Shown: positions 27,694 to 39,622, numbered from the stretch's first letter. The stretch: 64,000 nt of DNA from an uncultured Pseudobdellovibrionaceae bacterium (GCA_964400355.1 CAYNTO010000012.1:13290-77289), one strand, 5' to 3'. Translations and numbers: made by a program. Notes: generated from the sequence alone by a model not told the origin.

Positions 27694-30600
27694 CTAAAGC
27701 GGGGCTACGTCAAACTGTCCAGTGTGCAATTTCGTCAATGCGAGGAACAAAGCATCTGCCGCATGATCCTCGGTGATGCATGGAATACGGTAGTCGATGC
27801 AACTGCGGCGAATGCTGAAGCTGGCATCAATCGATTGGCGACCCGAAGTGGTATTGATCACAGTGATGACTTTTCCGGAGCGAATGCGATCAACGCAATG
27901 GGGGCGTCCTTCGTGAACTTTCTTTACCGGTATGCAATCGATCCCTTGGTCGTAGAGGAACTTGGCCGTTCCCTGCGTGGCTGAAAACGTGTAGCCCAAT
28001 TTGTAGAGCCCGCGAATCGTGCCGATCAAGGCATCTTTGTCTTTCTCGCGCAAGGACAGGAAGATCTCACCCTGCATCGCTAAGCGATGGTGGCTCGAAG
28101 TGAACGCTTTGAGTAATGCTTCACTGTAGTCGTCCGCTCGTCCCATGCTTTCACCAGTGGATTTCATTTCGGGCCCGAGGATGGAATCGGCTTCCGGAAA
28201 TTTATTGAATGGAAAGACCACGCCTTTCACACAGACCTTCTTGATCGTCTTGTACGAATAATTCTCGGGCTGAACCTCTTTTGCAGTTTTACCAACAATT
28301 GCCGCCACACCGAGGTCAACGATAGGAATTCCAGCGGCTTTTGCCAAGAACGGAACCGTGCGCGAACAGCGCGGATTGGCCTCGAGCACATACACTCGAT
28401 CGTCTTTCACCGCTAGCTGCACGTTGAGATGACCAACGATCTCAAGTTTATTGGCCAGGCGCACGCACATTTCCTCGATTTGCTGGAGTGGACCGGGCTT
28501 AATTCGCTGTGGAGGGATCACACCCATGCTATCGCCGGAGTGAATGCCAGCGGCCTCAATGTGCTCGATCACGCCACCGATGAGGCACCAGTCCATGCCG
28601 CGAATGACATCCACGTCCATTTCCAGCGCACCTTCTAAAAACTGATCCATAAAGCACGGTGTTTCTTTAGAGATGACCACCGCATGGCGAACAAAATAAC
28701 TTTGCAAATCCGCATCAGACTCAATCACTTCCATGCGTCGCCCGCCGAGCACATAACTGGGGCGACAGATAAGAGGATACCCAATCTGTGCTGCCACCTT
28801 CAGCGCCTGGTCGTCGGTGTACGCAAGGCCGGCCTTAGGAACATCGATCTTAAGCTCTTCGCAAGCCTGCTTGAATCGCGAACGATCCTCGGCAATGTCG
28901 ATGGCATTTAGAGACGAGCCCATCAAGTGTATTCCCGCCTCACTCAAGGCCTTAGAAATGTTGATCGGGGTTTGTCCACCGAGCTGAACCACCACGCCTT
29001 CGGGTTTTAGAAATTCGGCGATCTCAACCACATATTCGGCAGTGAGTGGTTCAAAGAATAAATAATTGCTGGTGTCGTAGTCTGTGGACACGGTCTCGGG
29101 ATTGGAATTGATCATGGCCACTTTGCGTCCGAATTTTTGCAGCGCCTTTACGCCACGCACGCAACAGTAATCAAACTCGATACCCTGACCAATGCGGTTT
29201 GGCCCACTGCCAAGAACCATCACCGCGCCCTCAGGTATGTTGTAGTTCTCTTGCGCAGCCTTCGACCAGTAGGTGGAATAAAAATACGGCGTGGACGAGG
29301 CAAACTCTCCCGCGCAGGTATCCACCTGGAGGTAGGTGGGTCGAACATTATAAATGAGGCGGTAGTTGCGAATGTCTTTTTCAGTTTTTCCAGCCAATTG
29401 TGCCAAACGCATGTCCGAGAACCCATTGCGTTTGTACTTGAGAAGTTTTTCCGGATCAAAAATAGGATCCTTTTTTAAAGCTTGTTCGTCGTCAATGATG
29501 TCTTTGATCTGGTTTAAAAACCACCGATTGATCTGCGTGAGTTGATACACCTCATCCACTGATTTTCCATCGCGGAAGGCCTGAGCGAGATGAAACAAAC
29601 GGTGCGAATTGGGATAGGAAAGCTTTTCTGTGGCGTACTCCACCTCTTCCAAGCCACAGTGTGTTTCCATGGAGCTGATGGCCTTTTGAAACGATTCTTT
29701 AAACGTTCGGCCAATGCTCATCACCTCACCCACGCTCTTCATTTGAGTGGAGAGAAGGTCTTTAGAACCCGGAAATTTTTCGAAAGCAAAACGCGGGATT
29801 TTGGTGACCACATAGTCGAGCGCTGGTTCATAACATGATGGTGTCACTTTTGTAATGTCGTTCATCACTTCATCAAGACGAAAACCAACGGCAAGCATAG
29901 CCGCGATTTTAGCAATAGGGAAACCCGTGGCTTTGCTTGCCAGAGCGGAGGAACGACTCACTCGCGGGTTCATCTCGATAACGACGCGCTTGCCGGAATC
30001 CGGGTGGACCGCAAACTGCACGTTGGCGCCTCCGCATTCAAGCCCAACAGCATCGAGAATTTTGCGTGCCTCATCACGCATGTCCTGATACGCGCGCTCT
30101 GAGAGAGTTTGCTGTGGAGCGATGGTGATACTGTCGCCCGTGTGCACACCGCACGGGTCGAGATTTTCGATGGAGCAAATAGTAACAAATGTGCCGGGGC
30201 GATCACGCATAACCTCCAGCTCGAATTCTTTCCAGCCCAAGATGCTCTCTTCGACCAATACTTCAGAGGTCGGGCTTTCACTGAGTGCGTGAGCGATCAT
30301 TTGCTCGTACTCCTCTTTGGAGTAGGCAATGCCGCCGCCGCCGCCTCCAAGAGTGTAGTTGGGGCGTAAGATAATCGGAAAACCGATCACTTTAGCGGCT
30401 TCGATTCCCTGCTGCATGTTGCGCACCATTTCGCTCTTGGGATACTTGGCTCCTACGCGGTCGAGAACTTTGCGGAACTCTTCGCGATCTTCCGCTGCAC
30501 GAATCACATCCTCATTGGCGCCGATCATTTCCACATTGTGCTTTTTTAAAATACCTTTTCTCACCAACTCCAATCCTAAATTGAGAGCAGTCTGACCACC

Positions 30601-30870
30601 TAATGTGGGAATCACCGCATCGACTTTTTCGCGGGCAAGAATTTTGTCGATCACGTCCGTCGTGAGGGGCTCAATGTAAACCGTATTTGCCACATCGGGG
30701 TCTGTCATAATCGTGGCTGGATTGGAATTGATCAGCACAACCTGGATTCCAATGGAGCGCAGAGCTTTACAGGCCTGAGTTCCGGAATAATCGAACTCGC
30801 AAGCCTGTCCGATCACGATGGGGCCACTGCCCAAGATGAGGACTTTTTTATATTTTTGATCCAAAGGCAT
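27694..30870 (-). CDS. carB: carbamoyl-phosphate synthase large subunit
   Basis: 1058 aa. It opens [26 protein letters not shown] and repeats the motif as [20 protein letters not shown]. These duplicated ATP-grasp halves plus the MGS-like C-terminus define the protein. Confidence 0.97.
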   Translation of the reverse strand: MPLDQKYKKVLILGSGPIVIGQACEFDYSGTQACKALRSIGIQVVLINSNPATIMTDPDVANTVYIEPLTTDVIDKILAREKVDAVIPTLGGQTALNLGLELVRKGILKKHNVEMIGANEDVIRAAEDREEFRKVLDRVGAKYPKSEMVRNMQQGIEAAKVIGFPIILRPNYTLGGGGGGIAYSKEEYEQMIAHALSESPTSEVLVEESILGWKEFELEVMRDRPGTFVTICSIENLDPCGVHTGDSITIAPQQTLSERAYQDMRDEARKILDAVGLECGGANVQFAVHPDSGKRVVIEMNPRVSRSSALASKATGFPIAKIAAMLAVGFRLDEVMNDITKVTPSCYEPALDYVVTKIPRFAFEKFPGSKDLLSTQMKSVGEVMSIGRTFKESFQKAISSMETHCGLEEVEYATEKLSYPNSHRLFHLAQAFRDGKSVDEVYQLTQINRWFLNQIKDIIDDEQALKKDPIFDPEKLLKYKRNGFSDMRLAQLAGKTEKDIRNYRLIYNVRPTYLQVDTCAGEFASSTPYFYSTYWSKAAQENYNIPEGAVMVLGSGPNRIGQGIEFDYCCVRGVKALQKFGRKVAMINSNPETVSTDYDTSNYLFFEPLTAEYVVEIAEFLKPEGVVVQLGGQTPINISKALSEAGIHLMGSSLNAIDIAEDRSRFKQACEELKIDVPKAGLAYTDDQALKVAAQIGYPLICRPSYVLGGRRMEVIESDADLQSYFVRHAVVISKETPCFMDQFLEGALEMDVDVIRGMDWCLIGGVIEHIEAAGIHSGDSMGVIPPQRIKPGPLQQIEEMCVRLANKLEIVGHLNVQLAVKDDRVYVLEANPRCSRTVPFLAKAAGIPIVDLGVAAIVGKTAKEVQPENYSYKTIKKVCVKGVVFPFNKFPEADSILGPEMKSTGESMGRADDYSEALLKAFTSSHHRLAMQGEIFLSLREKDKDALIGTIRGLYKLGYTFSATQGTAKFLYDQGIDCIPVKKVHEGRPHCVDRIRSGKVITVINTTSGRQSIDASFSIRRSCIDYRIPCITEDHAADALFLALTKLHTGQFDVAPL

Positions 30871-31514
30871 TAGAACCTCATGTTTGTAGAATCGCTATAA
30901 ATCTGGGTGTGTTTCACATGGGGGTAACGATCGAGTTTAAAATACATTTTAATAAGTTGAACTATGAGCTGCCAGCGCTCTTCATAACTGGACGATGTTT
31001 TCTTAATGCGCTCAGTGATAAATTTGCGCACTTCGAGAGGGTGGCAGACAATGCCCTGAGAGATATAATTATTTTTACCGTCGACAACCACATGGGCGCT
31101 AAAAATAGAGCCTTTATTCATGGCCAAAACCACGCTGGAATCTTTGATCACGATTTTTTTGTTTTCGAGAAGATCTTTGATGTAGTGGTCTTTGCCTTTT
31201 GTTTTATTGTACTCAAAAAGACTAAACCGAGCATCGCCCATGGCTTCAAAAAGTGGGCGCTCCTCATCAGCGATCTCAAACCCGTCCAGATTGAGTGCTA
31301 ATTTGGCGGGAGTCAGCAAAGTGCCCTTGAGAGGACGAGTGAAGAGGTACCAATCGAAAAACAAATTGAGATTGCGCTCGAAATCACCGGTGTCGGTTTC
31401 GTTGAGACCGATATCGTTGAAAAAGCCCTCTTTGGCTTTTACAACTTCGGCTTTGTACTTAGGGCCCGAGAAATATTCCGTCAATTTTTCAAGTGCGCGA
31501 TCGTATGTCATCAT
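30870..31514 (-). CDS. hypothetical protein encoded between carA and carB
   Basis: Open frame of 214-218 aa (the track gives GTG 31526). ATG 31514 overlaps the carA stop as TAATG, and its own stop overlaps the carB ATG as TAATG at 30868..30872. No recognisable motif. Confidence 0.6.
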   Translation of the reverse strand: MMTYDRALEKLTEYFSGPKYKAEVVKAKEGFFNDIGLNETDTGDFERNLNLFFDWYLFTRPLKGTLLTPAKLALNLDGFEIADEERPLFEAMGDARFSLFEYNKTKGKDHYIKDLLENKKIVIKDSSVVLAMNKGSIFSAHVVVDGKNNYISQGIVCHPLEVRKFITERIKKTSSSYEERWQLIVQLIKMYFKLDRYPHVKHTQIYSDSTNMRF

Positions 31515-32575
31515 TAGCGAATCCACTCCATAAATTCTTCAAACAGGACTCCAGCGTCCCGCGGACCAGGATAACATTCCGGATGGAATTGAACACTAAA
31601 ACATCGACGATTTTTGCATTCGATGCCGGACACCGTATTATCATTCAAGTTGACATGGCTCACTTTGACATCCGCCGGTAAAGAATCGGTGTTGATCGCG
31701 TAACCATGGTTTTGACTTGTCACATAAATTTTGCCTGTTCTTAAATCTTTGACGGGATGATTGGCACCGTGGTGACCAAATTTTAATCTGTACGTCTCTG
31801 CACCGAGTGCGCGCGCCAAAATTTGATGGCCCATACAGATTCCAAAGATGGGTTTTTCGCCGAGGAATTTTTGAATGGTTTGCACCGTGCCCTCAACCGC
31901 AGCAGGATCTCCTGGACCATTGGAGAGGAGAATGCCGTCGGGATTCCACTTTTGGATGTCGTCGTAGGTGGCACGGGAGGGAAATACCGCCACTTCCGAA
32001 CAGCGCTTTAAAAGTTCACGCACGATATTTTGCTTGGTGCCGTAATCGAGCAATGCAACGCGAGGACCGGATGACGACGCTCCACTGAGCACGCGCTTTT
32101 CCGATTGAGAAACCTTGTACACCCAATCGAGCTCTTGAGCTCTATGCTGCTCAATGAGTCTTTTGGCTTTTTGTTGCGCATCAGCCTCTGAATCGGCTTG
32201 TACGATTGCACCCAACAATGTTCCTTTGTCGCGCAGATAAAGCACCAGGCTGCGAGTGTCCACGGCATTGAGTGTGGGTATGCCGTGCTCTTCCAGTAGG
32301 TTCAACCAGGTGCGATCGTGTTGGTAGATATCGAGCGCTATAAATCCTTCGATCCACAACTTGCGCGATTCCCAAAACGATTTATCGACGCCGTAGTTTC
32401 CCTGCATGGGCGCGCTCATGACCATGATCTGGCCAAAATACGATGGGTCAGTAGCAATCTCCTCGTACCCATTGTGAGAGGTATTAAAGATCACCTCTCC
32501 CGCACGTTCGCGGCCAGCGAGCCACTCACCGGAAAACGCCGTACCATCTTCGAGTATCAAAAAACCTTTAGACAT
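31514..32575 (-). CDS. carA: carbamoyl-phosphate synthase small (glutaminase) subunit
   Basis: SNGPGDP, the GICMGHQ Cys nucleophile and FSVQFHPE are the class I glutamine amidotransferase triad contexts of CarA. Confidence 0.95.
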   Translation of the reverse strand: MSKGFLILEDGTAFSGEWLAGRERAGEVIFNTSHNGYEEIATDPSYFGQIMVMSAPMQGNYGVDKSFWESRKLWIEGFIALDIYQHDRTWLNLLEEHGIPTLNAVDTRSLVLYLRDKGTLLGAIVQADSEADAQQKAKRLIEQHRAQELDWVYKVSQSEKRVLSGASSSGPRVALLDYGTKQNIVRELLKRCSEVAVFPSRATYDDIQKWNPDGILLSNGPGDPAAVEGTVQTIQKFLGEKPIFGICMGHQILARALGAETYRLKFGHHGANHPVKDLRTGKIYVTSQNHGYAINTDSLPADVKVSHVNLNDNTVSGIECKNRRCFSVQFHPECYPGPRDAGVLFEEFMEWIR

Positions 32576-33512
32576 TTTTGCCTCCGGTGATCAGGGAATT
32601 CATCAACGCCGCTCGCACAAAAACGCCGTTGGATTTTTGATGCCACATTCGAAAGTGCTGGAGTTCGCGCACACTTGGATCAAACTCCACGCCCCAGTTC
32701 ACCGGGCCTGGATGCATCAACAATGCGTCGGGCTTCATCATGTTTCCGTGTTTTTTTTGTAGTTGATAGGTTTTAATAAACTCTTCGCGAGAAAACAAAC
32801 TGTGCGCGGCATGGCGTTCAAACTGTATTCTTAAACCCATCACAACATCCGCCCACTCGAGTGCCTCGTCCATTTTGTTCATCACGCGAATGTTGCTCTC
32901 AAGTCCGGCGGTCCACTGTTCCGGCCCCAGCACTCCCAGATTGGCGCCGAGCTTTGGTAAAAGTTCACGATGGGAACCCACCACGCGACTGTGACGGATG
33001 TCGCCGACAAAGAGAACATTTTTGCCCTCGAGAGACGGAAACGATTCACACATGGTGAATACATCGAGCAACGCTTGAGTAGGATGGGAATCCGTCCCAT
33101 AACCACCATTGATAACCGGGCACTTCACCTTATCACGCACATTGTAGAGCGGAAAATCGTCCCCACAGCGAACAATGATCGCATCGGGCATCATGGCGTG
33201 CACGGTCCAAAATGTGTCTTCCAAGGTTTCACCTTTGATGAGACTTGTGCCCTCTTTGGAAGCGCCATCGAAAAAAGTGGAGGCTCCGCCCAAACGCAGT
33301 GCCGCCATTTCAAAGCTCAAGCGCGTGCGCGTGCTGGGCTCAAAAAACAGGAGAGCAATCACGCGTTTTTGAGAAAACTGAGTTGGAAATATCCCCGATT
33401 TGAAAAAATGCTGCTTCATTTTTTTTGCATCGTCAAAAAGAGAAAGTATCTGGGGGATTTCGAGATCGCTGGTTTGCAGGAAGGATTTAATGATTTGGCT
33501 CATTAAAACCAC
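32568..33512 (-). CDS. pyrB: aspartate carbamoyltransferase catalytic subunit
   Basis: FFEPSTRTRLSFE, HPTQALLD and LMHPGP motifs are present. It overlaps the carA start by 8 nt. Confidence 0.95.
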   Translation of the reverse strand: MVLMSQIIKSFLQTSDLEIPQILSLFDDAKKMKQHFFKSGIFPTQFSQKRVIALLFFEPSTRTRLSFEMAALRLGGASTFFDGASKEGTSLIKGETLEDTFWTVHAMMPDAIIVRCGDDFPLYNVRDKVKCPVINGGYGTDSHPTQALLDVFTMCESFPSLEGKNVLFVGDIRHSRVVGSHRELLPKLGANLGVLGPEQWTAGLESNIRVMNKMDEALEWADVVMGLRIQFERHAAHSLFSREEFIKTYQLQKKHGNMMKPDALLMHPGPVNWGVEFDPSVRELQHFRMWHQKSNGVFVRAALMNSLITGGKNV

Positions 33513-33631
33513 AGACTAATCGCCCATGTCCGCTCTGTCAAAACCCGAATGGTTTTTTATTGTGAGGACTTACCTATGATGTAATTTTTAGCACGCGAAG
33601 GGCAATTCCCGAGCACATTTACGAGCCATCG

Positions 33632-34972
33632 CTATTGAGAGCGAGTAGTCCCTGCTTCGGAGGGCGGGATTTCGCGATCCACCTCGGTGAACATACGCAT
33701 TTTGTCGCTGCATTTGCCACCAAATGAGGGCCACGACCCGTTCTTTTCGTATTCGGGGTTTTTACAGCGCACATTCAGGTATTTGCCGTAGGCCGTTTGG
33801 GTGGGATCTCGCGTGTAATCCATGTCTTCCACAAGCTTTGCGTCGTCCTCTTTATGTGCCCAACGCGGCACAAGCCGGCCCTGCTGTTCCCAGTAATTGT
33901 TGTCCTGAAACACGTGAGAGCACTCGGGAGGATAGCCTTCGGGCATACAGTCGAACCCTTTTTTATGAGCGTCGTTTTGCATTTTTTCGCGGTCACTCGT
34001 GCTCAGATAAAAATCGTATTTGCTGGGGCCGTCCCTTCCCACCAATTTGAACACCGGCTCATTGGAACCTCTAATCCCGCCCTTGAGGATAACTTCGCCT
34101 TTATAGGGAACCCGCACACGGCCTCCTGGCATATCTTCTGTGATGGTCACAAAGGAAACATCAGAGAGCGTTCGCTTGTTGGCCTCGCATTTTCCCAATC
34201 CGCCGCGATGGTAATAATGCATCATCTCTTTGAGATAGTGATTTTTCTGAGCATCTTCCACGGGCTTGCCATTGAGCTGTTCCGCATCGAACAGCTGGCC
34301 TAGGTAATCACCCGAGCGCCGTCGCTCGTCTGTTTGATCGTAACCTAGGGTTCGTTGCGTGCGCTTGGTGAGCGCGATAAATTCGTCACGATAAAGGTTA
34401 AAGGCCTTGTCGTCGCCGTTTACTCTTAAGCTGTCTTTTAAAAAACACCGCGTGATGTCCTTTTTTTTAAGTTCACTGTCGGCCCAAATATTGTACATCG
34501 ACGGTGTGGTGGCAGCGCCGACCAGATCTTTTTCGAAGTTACAGCCGTACGATTTCTTTTTGCAATTGGCAATGCGATTGCGCAAAGAGAGCGCGATGAT
34601 ATCCTGTTCACAGTCGATCTGATGGGGATGCATATCGGTTAGTTTTTTGGTTCCTGGAATGTTGGCCTCAAACAGAGCTGTGCGAGTAACAATGTCCACG
34701 GCCATGGCACGCGCTGCAAACTGCTTGGACGCGGGATCGGGCAATGCCTTGATAAAGTTTTCCCAGCGCTCCACCAAACCTTTGCGGCTTCGCGCACCGT
34801 CTTTACAAAACTGGTTGTGAAACTTTCCGAGGGCATCATCGATAGAGGTGAGCTGCATTGTGAGCGTGGGAATGGCATTGGGATCCGGCTTGGATTTGCC
34901 TTTTTTAGCCAACACCGGAGCAGAGTTGACCAGTATGAGGATTATAATGCCTATTTGCAATCGCAGATGCAT
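33632..34972 (-). CDS. secreted Cys-rich hypothetical protein
   Basis: 446 aa with signal peptide MHLRLQIGIIILILVNSAPVLA. Many Cys residues are spread through a charged sequence. IIALSLRNRIANC...MYNIW weakly recalls SleB-type cell-wall hydrolase blocks, but the similarity is not convincing. Confidence 0.5.
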   Translation of the reverse strand: MHLRLQIGIIILILVNSAPVLAKKGKSKPDPNAIPTLTMQLTSIDDALGKFHNQFCKDGARSRKGLVERWENFIKALPDPASKQFAARAMAVDIVTRTALFEANIPGTKKLTDMHPHQIDCEQDIIALSLRNRIANCKKKSYGCNFEKDLVGAATTPSMYNIWADSELKKKDITRCFLKDSLRVNGDDKAFNLYRDEFIALTKRTQRTLGYDQTDERRRSGDYLGQLFDAEQLNGKPVEDAQKNHYLKEMMHYYHRGGLGKCEANKRTLSDVSFVTITEDMPGGRVRVPYKGEVILKGGIRGSNEPVFKLVGRDGPSKYDFYLSTSDREKMQNDAHKKGFDCMPEGYPPECSHVFQDNNYWEQQGRLVPRWAHKEDDAKLVEDMDYTRDPTQTAYGKYLNVRCKNPEYEKNGSWPSFGGKCSDKMRMFTEVDREIPPSEAGTTRSQ

Positions 34973-35071
34973 GGTTCGAGTTTAACAAATGCGCTTGCGG
35001 TTTAGCTATGGAGAATCCGACTAGACCTACCTAAAGTAGGGACAATATCAAAGCGTAATGAGCGAGGTCAT

Positions 35072-35791
35072 CTAGCGGATGGATTTAAAGACGCGATCAG
35101 CGCGAAGATCTTCGCCAAAGCACAACACCCCACCTGCGGGCGCGTCTTCCTCGCAGCTCATCCAGATCAGCTGGGCTTTGCCGAGAATATTCTCCATGGG
35201 CAATGTGCCCCATACTCGACTGTCGGAGGAGCGATCGCGATTGTCACCCATCATGAAGACGTGGCCCTCCGGCACAACAAACTCCTCTGGCTCGGGCGTG
35301 GTTGGCGCATCGGCATACTGCAAAATGTGCGAGCGCTCTCCTAGATTTTCCGAATAAACTTTAAAGCCAGTACTCTCATCACTATCTTTTTTCGCGATGT
35401 CAGGGTCGAGCGCCGTCAGATCGAGAATTTTCCCATTGATCGAGAGCTTTTCCATCCCGTCCGCCGCGACCATCTGAATGCGGTCACCAGGCAAGCCAAT
35501 CACACGCTTCACCATAAAGTAAAAGTCGTCGTCTTTGGCACGAAACACCACCACATCTCCACGTTGAGGTGTGACCGGGCCCACCAGCCACACTTTTGTA
35601 AATGGCACACGCAACCCGTACGAAAATTTGCTCACCAAAATGTAATCTTTAATCAGCAGAGTGGGAATCATGCTTCCCGAAGGCACCAAAAACGGCTCGG
35701 CCAATGCCCAGCGTACTGTACACATCAGCACAATCACAATGATCAGCTCTTTAAATACGTCGAGCCACGTACCCTGCTTATTCTTGGCCAC
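35072..35791 (-). CDS. lepB: signal peptidase I (paralog 2)
   Basis: PSGSMIPTL holds the catalytic Ser and YILVSKF the Lys box. GDNRDRSSDSRVWG is also present. Confidence 0.9.
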   Translation of the reverse strand: MAKNKQGTWLDVFKELIIVIVLMCTVRWALAEPFLVPSGSMIPTLLIKDYILVSKFSYGLRVPFTKVWLVGPVTPQRGDVVVFRAKDDDFYFMVKRVIGLPGDRIQMVAADGMEKLSINGKILDLTALDPDIAKKDSDESTGFKVYSENLGERSHILQYADAPTTPEPEEFVVPEGHVFMMGDNRDRSSDSRVWGTLPMENILGKAQLIWMSCEEDAPAGGVLCFGEDLRADRVFKSIR

Positions 35792-35792
35792 T

Positions 35793-36569
35793 CTACTCTA
35801 CCCAATGCCCAAATCGGCCCCAGCGCAAAGTGGTGGGATCACACAAAAACGGCAGCGCCGTGATGGTTTCTTCGCACGACAGCCATACAAACATGGCGCG
35901 ACCAAGGATGTTGTCCTCCGGCACGAACCCCCAAATGCGCGAATCGCGCGAGCGGTTACGGTTATCGCCAAGAACAAACAAAGAGTTGGGCGGCACCGTC
36001 ACCGGTCCGAATGTGGGCTCATTGAGATAGTACCCCTTGCGCAAGAGTACGTCGTGTTCCACATCACCCAGCTTTTCCTTCCAGTGTTCGTAATCTTTGA
36101 GAGTGTCTGTGGGAGCGCCCTCTTGAAAGTCTTTATCGCGCAGCCACTTGTAGTTGCCCGTAGGATTGAGTGTTGCACCCGCACCATCGGTAGTCGCCTG
36201 TGCCGGGGCCACTAATGGCACCTCAGCATCGTTGATAAAAATCTTTCCCTCTTTAAACATAACTGTGTCGCCAGGCAAACCGACGACGCGCTTAATGAAG
36301 AACGTGCTGGGATCTTCGGGGTACTTAAAGACGATCACTTCACCACGCGTCGGCAGGCGAAAGCGCGTGAGCCACTTTTCACTAAATGGAACACGCAAGC
36401 CATAAACAAATTTGTTCACAAAAATATGATCGCGAATCAACAAGCTCGGAAGCATACTTCCCGAGGGGATCACATAGGCCTCCATGAACGCCCAACGGAT
36501 CGTCAAGGCGAGCAAAATCGCCAACACATAAGAACCAATACCCTCTGTCCAAAATCGTTTCGTAAACAC
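35793..36569 (-). CDS. lepB: signal peptidase I (paralog 1)
   Basis: PSGSMLPSL, HIFVNKF and GDNRNRSRDSRIWG are present. It lies directly downstream of lepA, as in many bacteria. Confidence 0.9.
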   Translation of the reverse strand: MFTKRFWTEGIGSYVLAILLALTIRWAFMEAYVIPSGSMLPSLLIRDHIFVNKFVYGLRVPFSEKWLTRFRLPTRGEVIVFKYPEDPSTFFIKRVVGLPGDTVMFKEGKIFINDAEVPLVAPAQATTDGAGATLNPTGNYKWLRDKDFQEGAPTDTLKDYEHWKEKLGDVEHDVLLRKGYYLNEPTFGPVTVPPNSLFVLGDNRNRSRDSRIWGFVPEDNILGRAMFVWLSCEETITALPFLCDPTTLRWGRFGHWVE

Positions 36570-36572
36570 TCT

Positions 36573-38372
36573 TTAATCCTCCACTTTGAGAATGGCGAGG
36601 AACGCTTCTTGCGGCACATCGACGGTGCCGATTTGCTTCATGCGTTTTTTGCCTTCTTTTTGCTTTTCTAAAAGTTTTCTTTTTCGGCTGATATCGCCGC
36701 CGTAACATTTTGCTGTAACATCTTTTCGCATAGCACTGATTGTCTCACGCGCTACCACTTTTACACCTATCGCCGCCTGAATGGCGATTTGGAACATCTG
36801 TTTGGGAATAAGTTCCTTCATTTTAGCGCACAGCACGCGACCCTTATGAACTGCCTGGCTGCGATGGGTGACCACCGAAAGTGCATCCACCGGATCACCA
36901 TTGATGAGAATGTCGAGCTTTACAAGATCGGCCTCTTCGTAATCCATCATCTCATACTCCATGGAGGCGTACCCCTTGGAGATCGATTTTAGGCGATCAT
37001 AGAAGTCGATAACCATCTCGTTCATCGGCAGCTTGTACTTGATCATGACCTTTTTCTCAGAGAGATAATCCATACTGATCTGCGAGCCGCGTTTGGCCTC
37101 ACACATTTTCATGATAGAGCCAATGTACTCAGACGGCGTATGGAGGGTGATCTTTACGTAGGGCTCCTCGAGGAGCTCGATCTTGGTGGGATCGGGCATG
37201 TCGGTCGGGTTTTCAATTTCGAGCGATTCACCGGTCGTTAGCTTTATACGATACACCACTGTCGGTGCTGTGGTGATGAGATTGAGGTTGAACTCGCGCT
37301 CGAGACGCTCTTGCACGATCTCCATGTGGAGTAGACCCAAGAATCCGCAACGAAATCCAAAGCCCAACGCGGCCGACGATTCCGTCTCAAAGGTGAGGCT
37401 AGAATCGTTTAAGTTTAGTTTTTCCAGAGCTTCTTCCAGATTTTTGAAGTCCGTGGAGTCCACAGGATAAATTCCCGCGAAGACCATGGGTTTGGTTTTT
37501 TGGAAGCCCGGCAAAACTTCTGTCGATGGCTTTTTGGCAGAGGTGATGGTGTCACCCACACTCACATCTTTAATGCTTTTAATGCCGCAAACGAAAAAGC
37601 CCACTTCACCTGCACTCAGCTCGGCCACCTCCAGTGCACTCGGCGTAAAAAAACCGAGCTTGAGCACTTCGTACTTTTGGCCGTTCGACATGAACTGAAT
37701 GAAGTCGCCTTTTTTAACTGAGCCGTCGACCACGCGGCATAAAATAACAACACCTTGATAGACGTCGAACCACGAGTCAAAAACCAGCGCGCGCATGGTG
37801 GCGTTGATATCTCCTTTTGGTGGAGGAACCTTTTTAACCACGGCTTCGAGAATTTCTTCGATGCCGATTCGCGCTTTAGCGGACGCCAGTATCACGTCGG
37901 AGCAATCGATGCCGATGCCGTCTTCGATCTGTTGCTTAACGCCTTCGGGGTCAGCTGAGGGAAGATCAATTTTATTTAGAACCGGAATGATTTCAAGATT
38001 GTTGTCGAGTGCTAGATAAACGTTGGCAAGCGTCTGCGCCTCGACTCCCTGAGCGGCATCCACAACCAGCAGTGCGCCTTCGCACGCCGCGAGCGAGCGC
38101 GAAACTTCATAACTAAAGTCCACGTGTCCGGGAGTATCAATCAGATTGAGTTGGTAAATATTGCCGTCTTTGGCTTTGTAACTCAAACGCACGGTTTGCG
38201 CTTTTATGGTTATACCGCGCTCGCGCTCAATATCCATGCTGTCGAGAACTTGGGCCTTCATTTCGCGATTGGAAAGTCCACCCGTATTGGAGATCAAACC
38301 ATCAGCAAGCGTGGACTTACCGTGATCGATGTGGGCAATGATTGAGAAGTTGCGAATTCGGTTTTGTTCCAT
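36573..38372 (-). CDS. lepA: translation elongation factor 4
   Basis: [19 protein letters not shown] is the G1 motif and [10 protein letters not shown] is G3. The C-terminal LepA-specific domain ends ...[26 protein letters not shown]. Confidence 0.97.
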   Translation of the reverse strand: MEQNRIRNFSIIAHIDHGKSTLADGLISNTGGLSNREMKAQVLDSMDIERERGITIKAQTVRLSYKAKDGNIYQLNLIDTPGHVDFSYEVSRSLAACEGALLVVDAAQGVEAQTLANVYLALDNNLEIIPVLNKIDLPSADPEGVKQQIEDGIGIDCSDVILASAKARIGIEEILEAVVKKVPPPKGDINATMRALVFDSWFDVYQGVVILCRVVDGSVKKGDFIQFMSNGQKYEVLKLGFFTPSALEVAELSAGEVGFFVCGIKSIKDVSVGDTITSAKKPSTEVLPGFQKTKPMVFAGIYPVDSTDFKNLEEALEKLNLNDSSLTFETESSAALGFGFRCGFLGLLHMEIVQERLEREFNLNLITTAPTVVYRIKLTTGESLEIENPTDMPDPTKIELLEEPYVKITLHTPSEYIGSIMKMCEAKRGSQISMDYLSEKKVMIKYKLPMNEMVIDFYDRLKSISKGYASMEYEMMDYEEADLVKLDILINGDPVDALSVVTHRSQAVHKGRVLCAKMKELIPKQMFQIAIQAAIGVKVVARETISAMRKDVTAKCYGGDISRKRKLLEKQKEGKKRMKQIGTVDVPQEAFLAILKVED

Positions 38373-38396
38373 GATGTTTTAGAATCTCGTTTCCAC

Positions 38397-38432
38397 TGAA
38401 AAAATAATAACCCCAAACAAAGTTGGGGTTAT
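38397..38432 (-). terminator. Rho-independent terminator of metK
   Basis: The minus strand reads ATAACCCCAA-CTTTGT-TTGGGGTTAT followed by TATTTTTT, starting 32 nt after the metK stop. Confidence 0.8.
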
Positions 38433-38464
38433 CGTCGCAAAATATACGGTTCTGAAACCCGATT

Positions 38465-39622
38465 TTATTTGGAAAAATAATCCTTTAAGGCATCCACTTT
38501 GTCGAGCTTTTCCCATGTAAAATCAGCGCCGGTGCGGCCGAAATGACCATAAGCAGCAGTCGCGCGGTACTTCGGTTTCATCAAATCGTAGGTTTTAGTG
38601 ATTTCTGCTGGCTTGAGGCCGAACGTGGCCTTCACTGCAGCAGCGAGTTTTTCTCCGCCCACCTTGCTTGTGCCATAGTCATTCACCATAATGCTCATTG
38701 GATGAGCAACGCCGATAGCATATGCAAGCTGAACCAAGCATTTTTCTGCAAGGCCCGCAGCAACGATATTCTTCGCCACGTGACGTGCCGCATAGGCCGC
38801 TGAGCGGTCGACCTTTGAAGGATCTTTACCAGAGAAAGCTCCCCCGCCGTGGGCACCGTGACCACCGTAGGTGTCCACAATGATCTTACGACCCGTCAAA
38901 CCACAATCGCCCTGAGGTCCACCGATGACAAAGCGGCCAGTGGGATTGATGTAAAATTTTGTGTTTTTATCGAGAAGTTCTTTGGGAATCACTTCGGAGA
39001 TCACTTGATCCATGATGTATTCTTTAATCATGGTCTGCGTGGCATCCTCAGAGTGTTGTGTTGAGATCACGATGGAATCCACACGTTTCGCCACACCACC
39101 CACATACTCTACCGTAACCTGGCTCTTGGCATCGGGTCTGAAAAAGCTCTTAGGGTCGTTTTTACGTTTTTGCGCAAGAAGGTGAACGAGCTTGTGAGAA
39201 AGATCGATGGTGAGGGGCATATACTCTTTGGTCTCATGATTGGCGTAACCAAACATGATACCCTGGTCGCCAGCACCCTGCTCTTTAGACGCGTCGGTAT
39301 CTACACCCATGGCGATATCCGGGCTTTGTTTGTCGAGTGTGCTGATCACGGCGCAGGTTTTGTAATCAAAACCTTTGTCACTGGAATCGTAACCGATTTC
39401 TTTGATAGTTCTACGGGCGATTTCTGGCACGCTAAACACGGCGTTCGTAGTGATCTCACCGGCAACAACCACCATTCCAGTAGTGACCAAAGTTTCGCAA
39501 GCCACACGGCCTTTGGGATCCTGACGAAGAATTTCGTCCAATACCGCATCGCTAATCTGATCGGCGATTTTATCGGGATGACCTTCGGAAACAGATTCAC
39601 TCGTGAACAAATAATTAAGCAT
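38465..39622 (-). CDS. metK: S-adenosylmethionine synthetase
   Basis: [26 protein letters not shown] and [16 protein letters not shown] are present. Confidence 0.97.
   Translation of the reverse strand: MLNYLFTSESVSEGHPDKIADQISDAVLDEILRQDPKGRVACETLVTTGMVVVAGEITTNAVFSVPEIARRTIKEIGYDSSDKGFDYKTCAVISTLDKQSPDIAMGVDTDASKEQGAGDQGIMFGYANHETKEYMPLTIDLSHKLVHLLAQKRKNDPKSFFRPDAKSQVTVEYVGGVAKRVDSIVISTQHSEDATQTMIKEYIMDQVISEVIPKELLDKNTKFYINPTGRFVIGGPQGDCGLTGRKIIVDTYGGHGAHGGGAFSGKDPSKVDRSAAYAARHVAKNIVAAGLAEKCLVQLAYAIGVAHPMSIMVNDYGTSKVGGEKLAAAVKATFGLKPAEITKTYDLMKPKYRATAAYGHFGRTGADFTWEKLDKVDALKDYFSK

Noticed and set aside
33513-33631. A PyrR-type or attenuator leader upstream of pyrB. An AAAACC-ATTCG-GGTTTT hairpin is present.
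   Set aside because: There is no PyrR binding consensus (ARUCCAGAGAGGYU-like), and the hairpin is weak. The evidence is insufficient.
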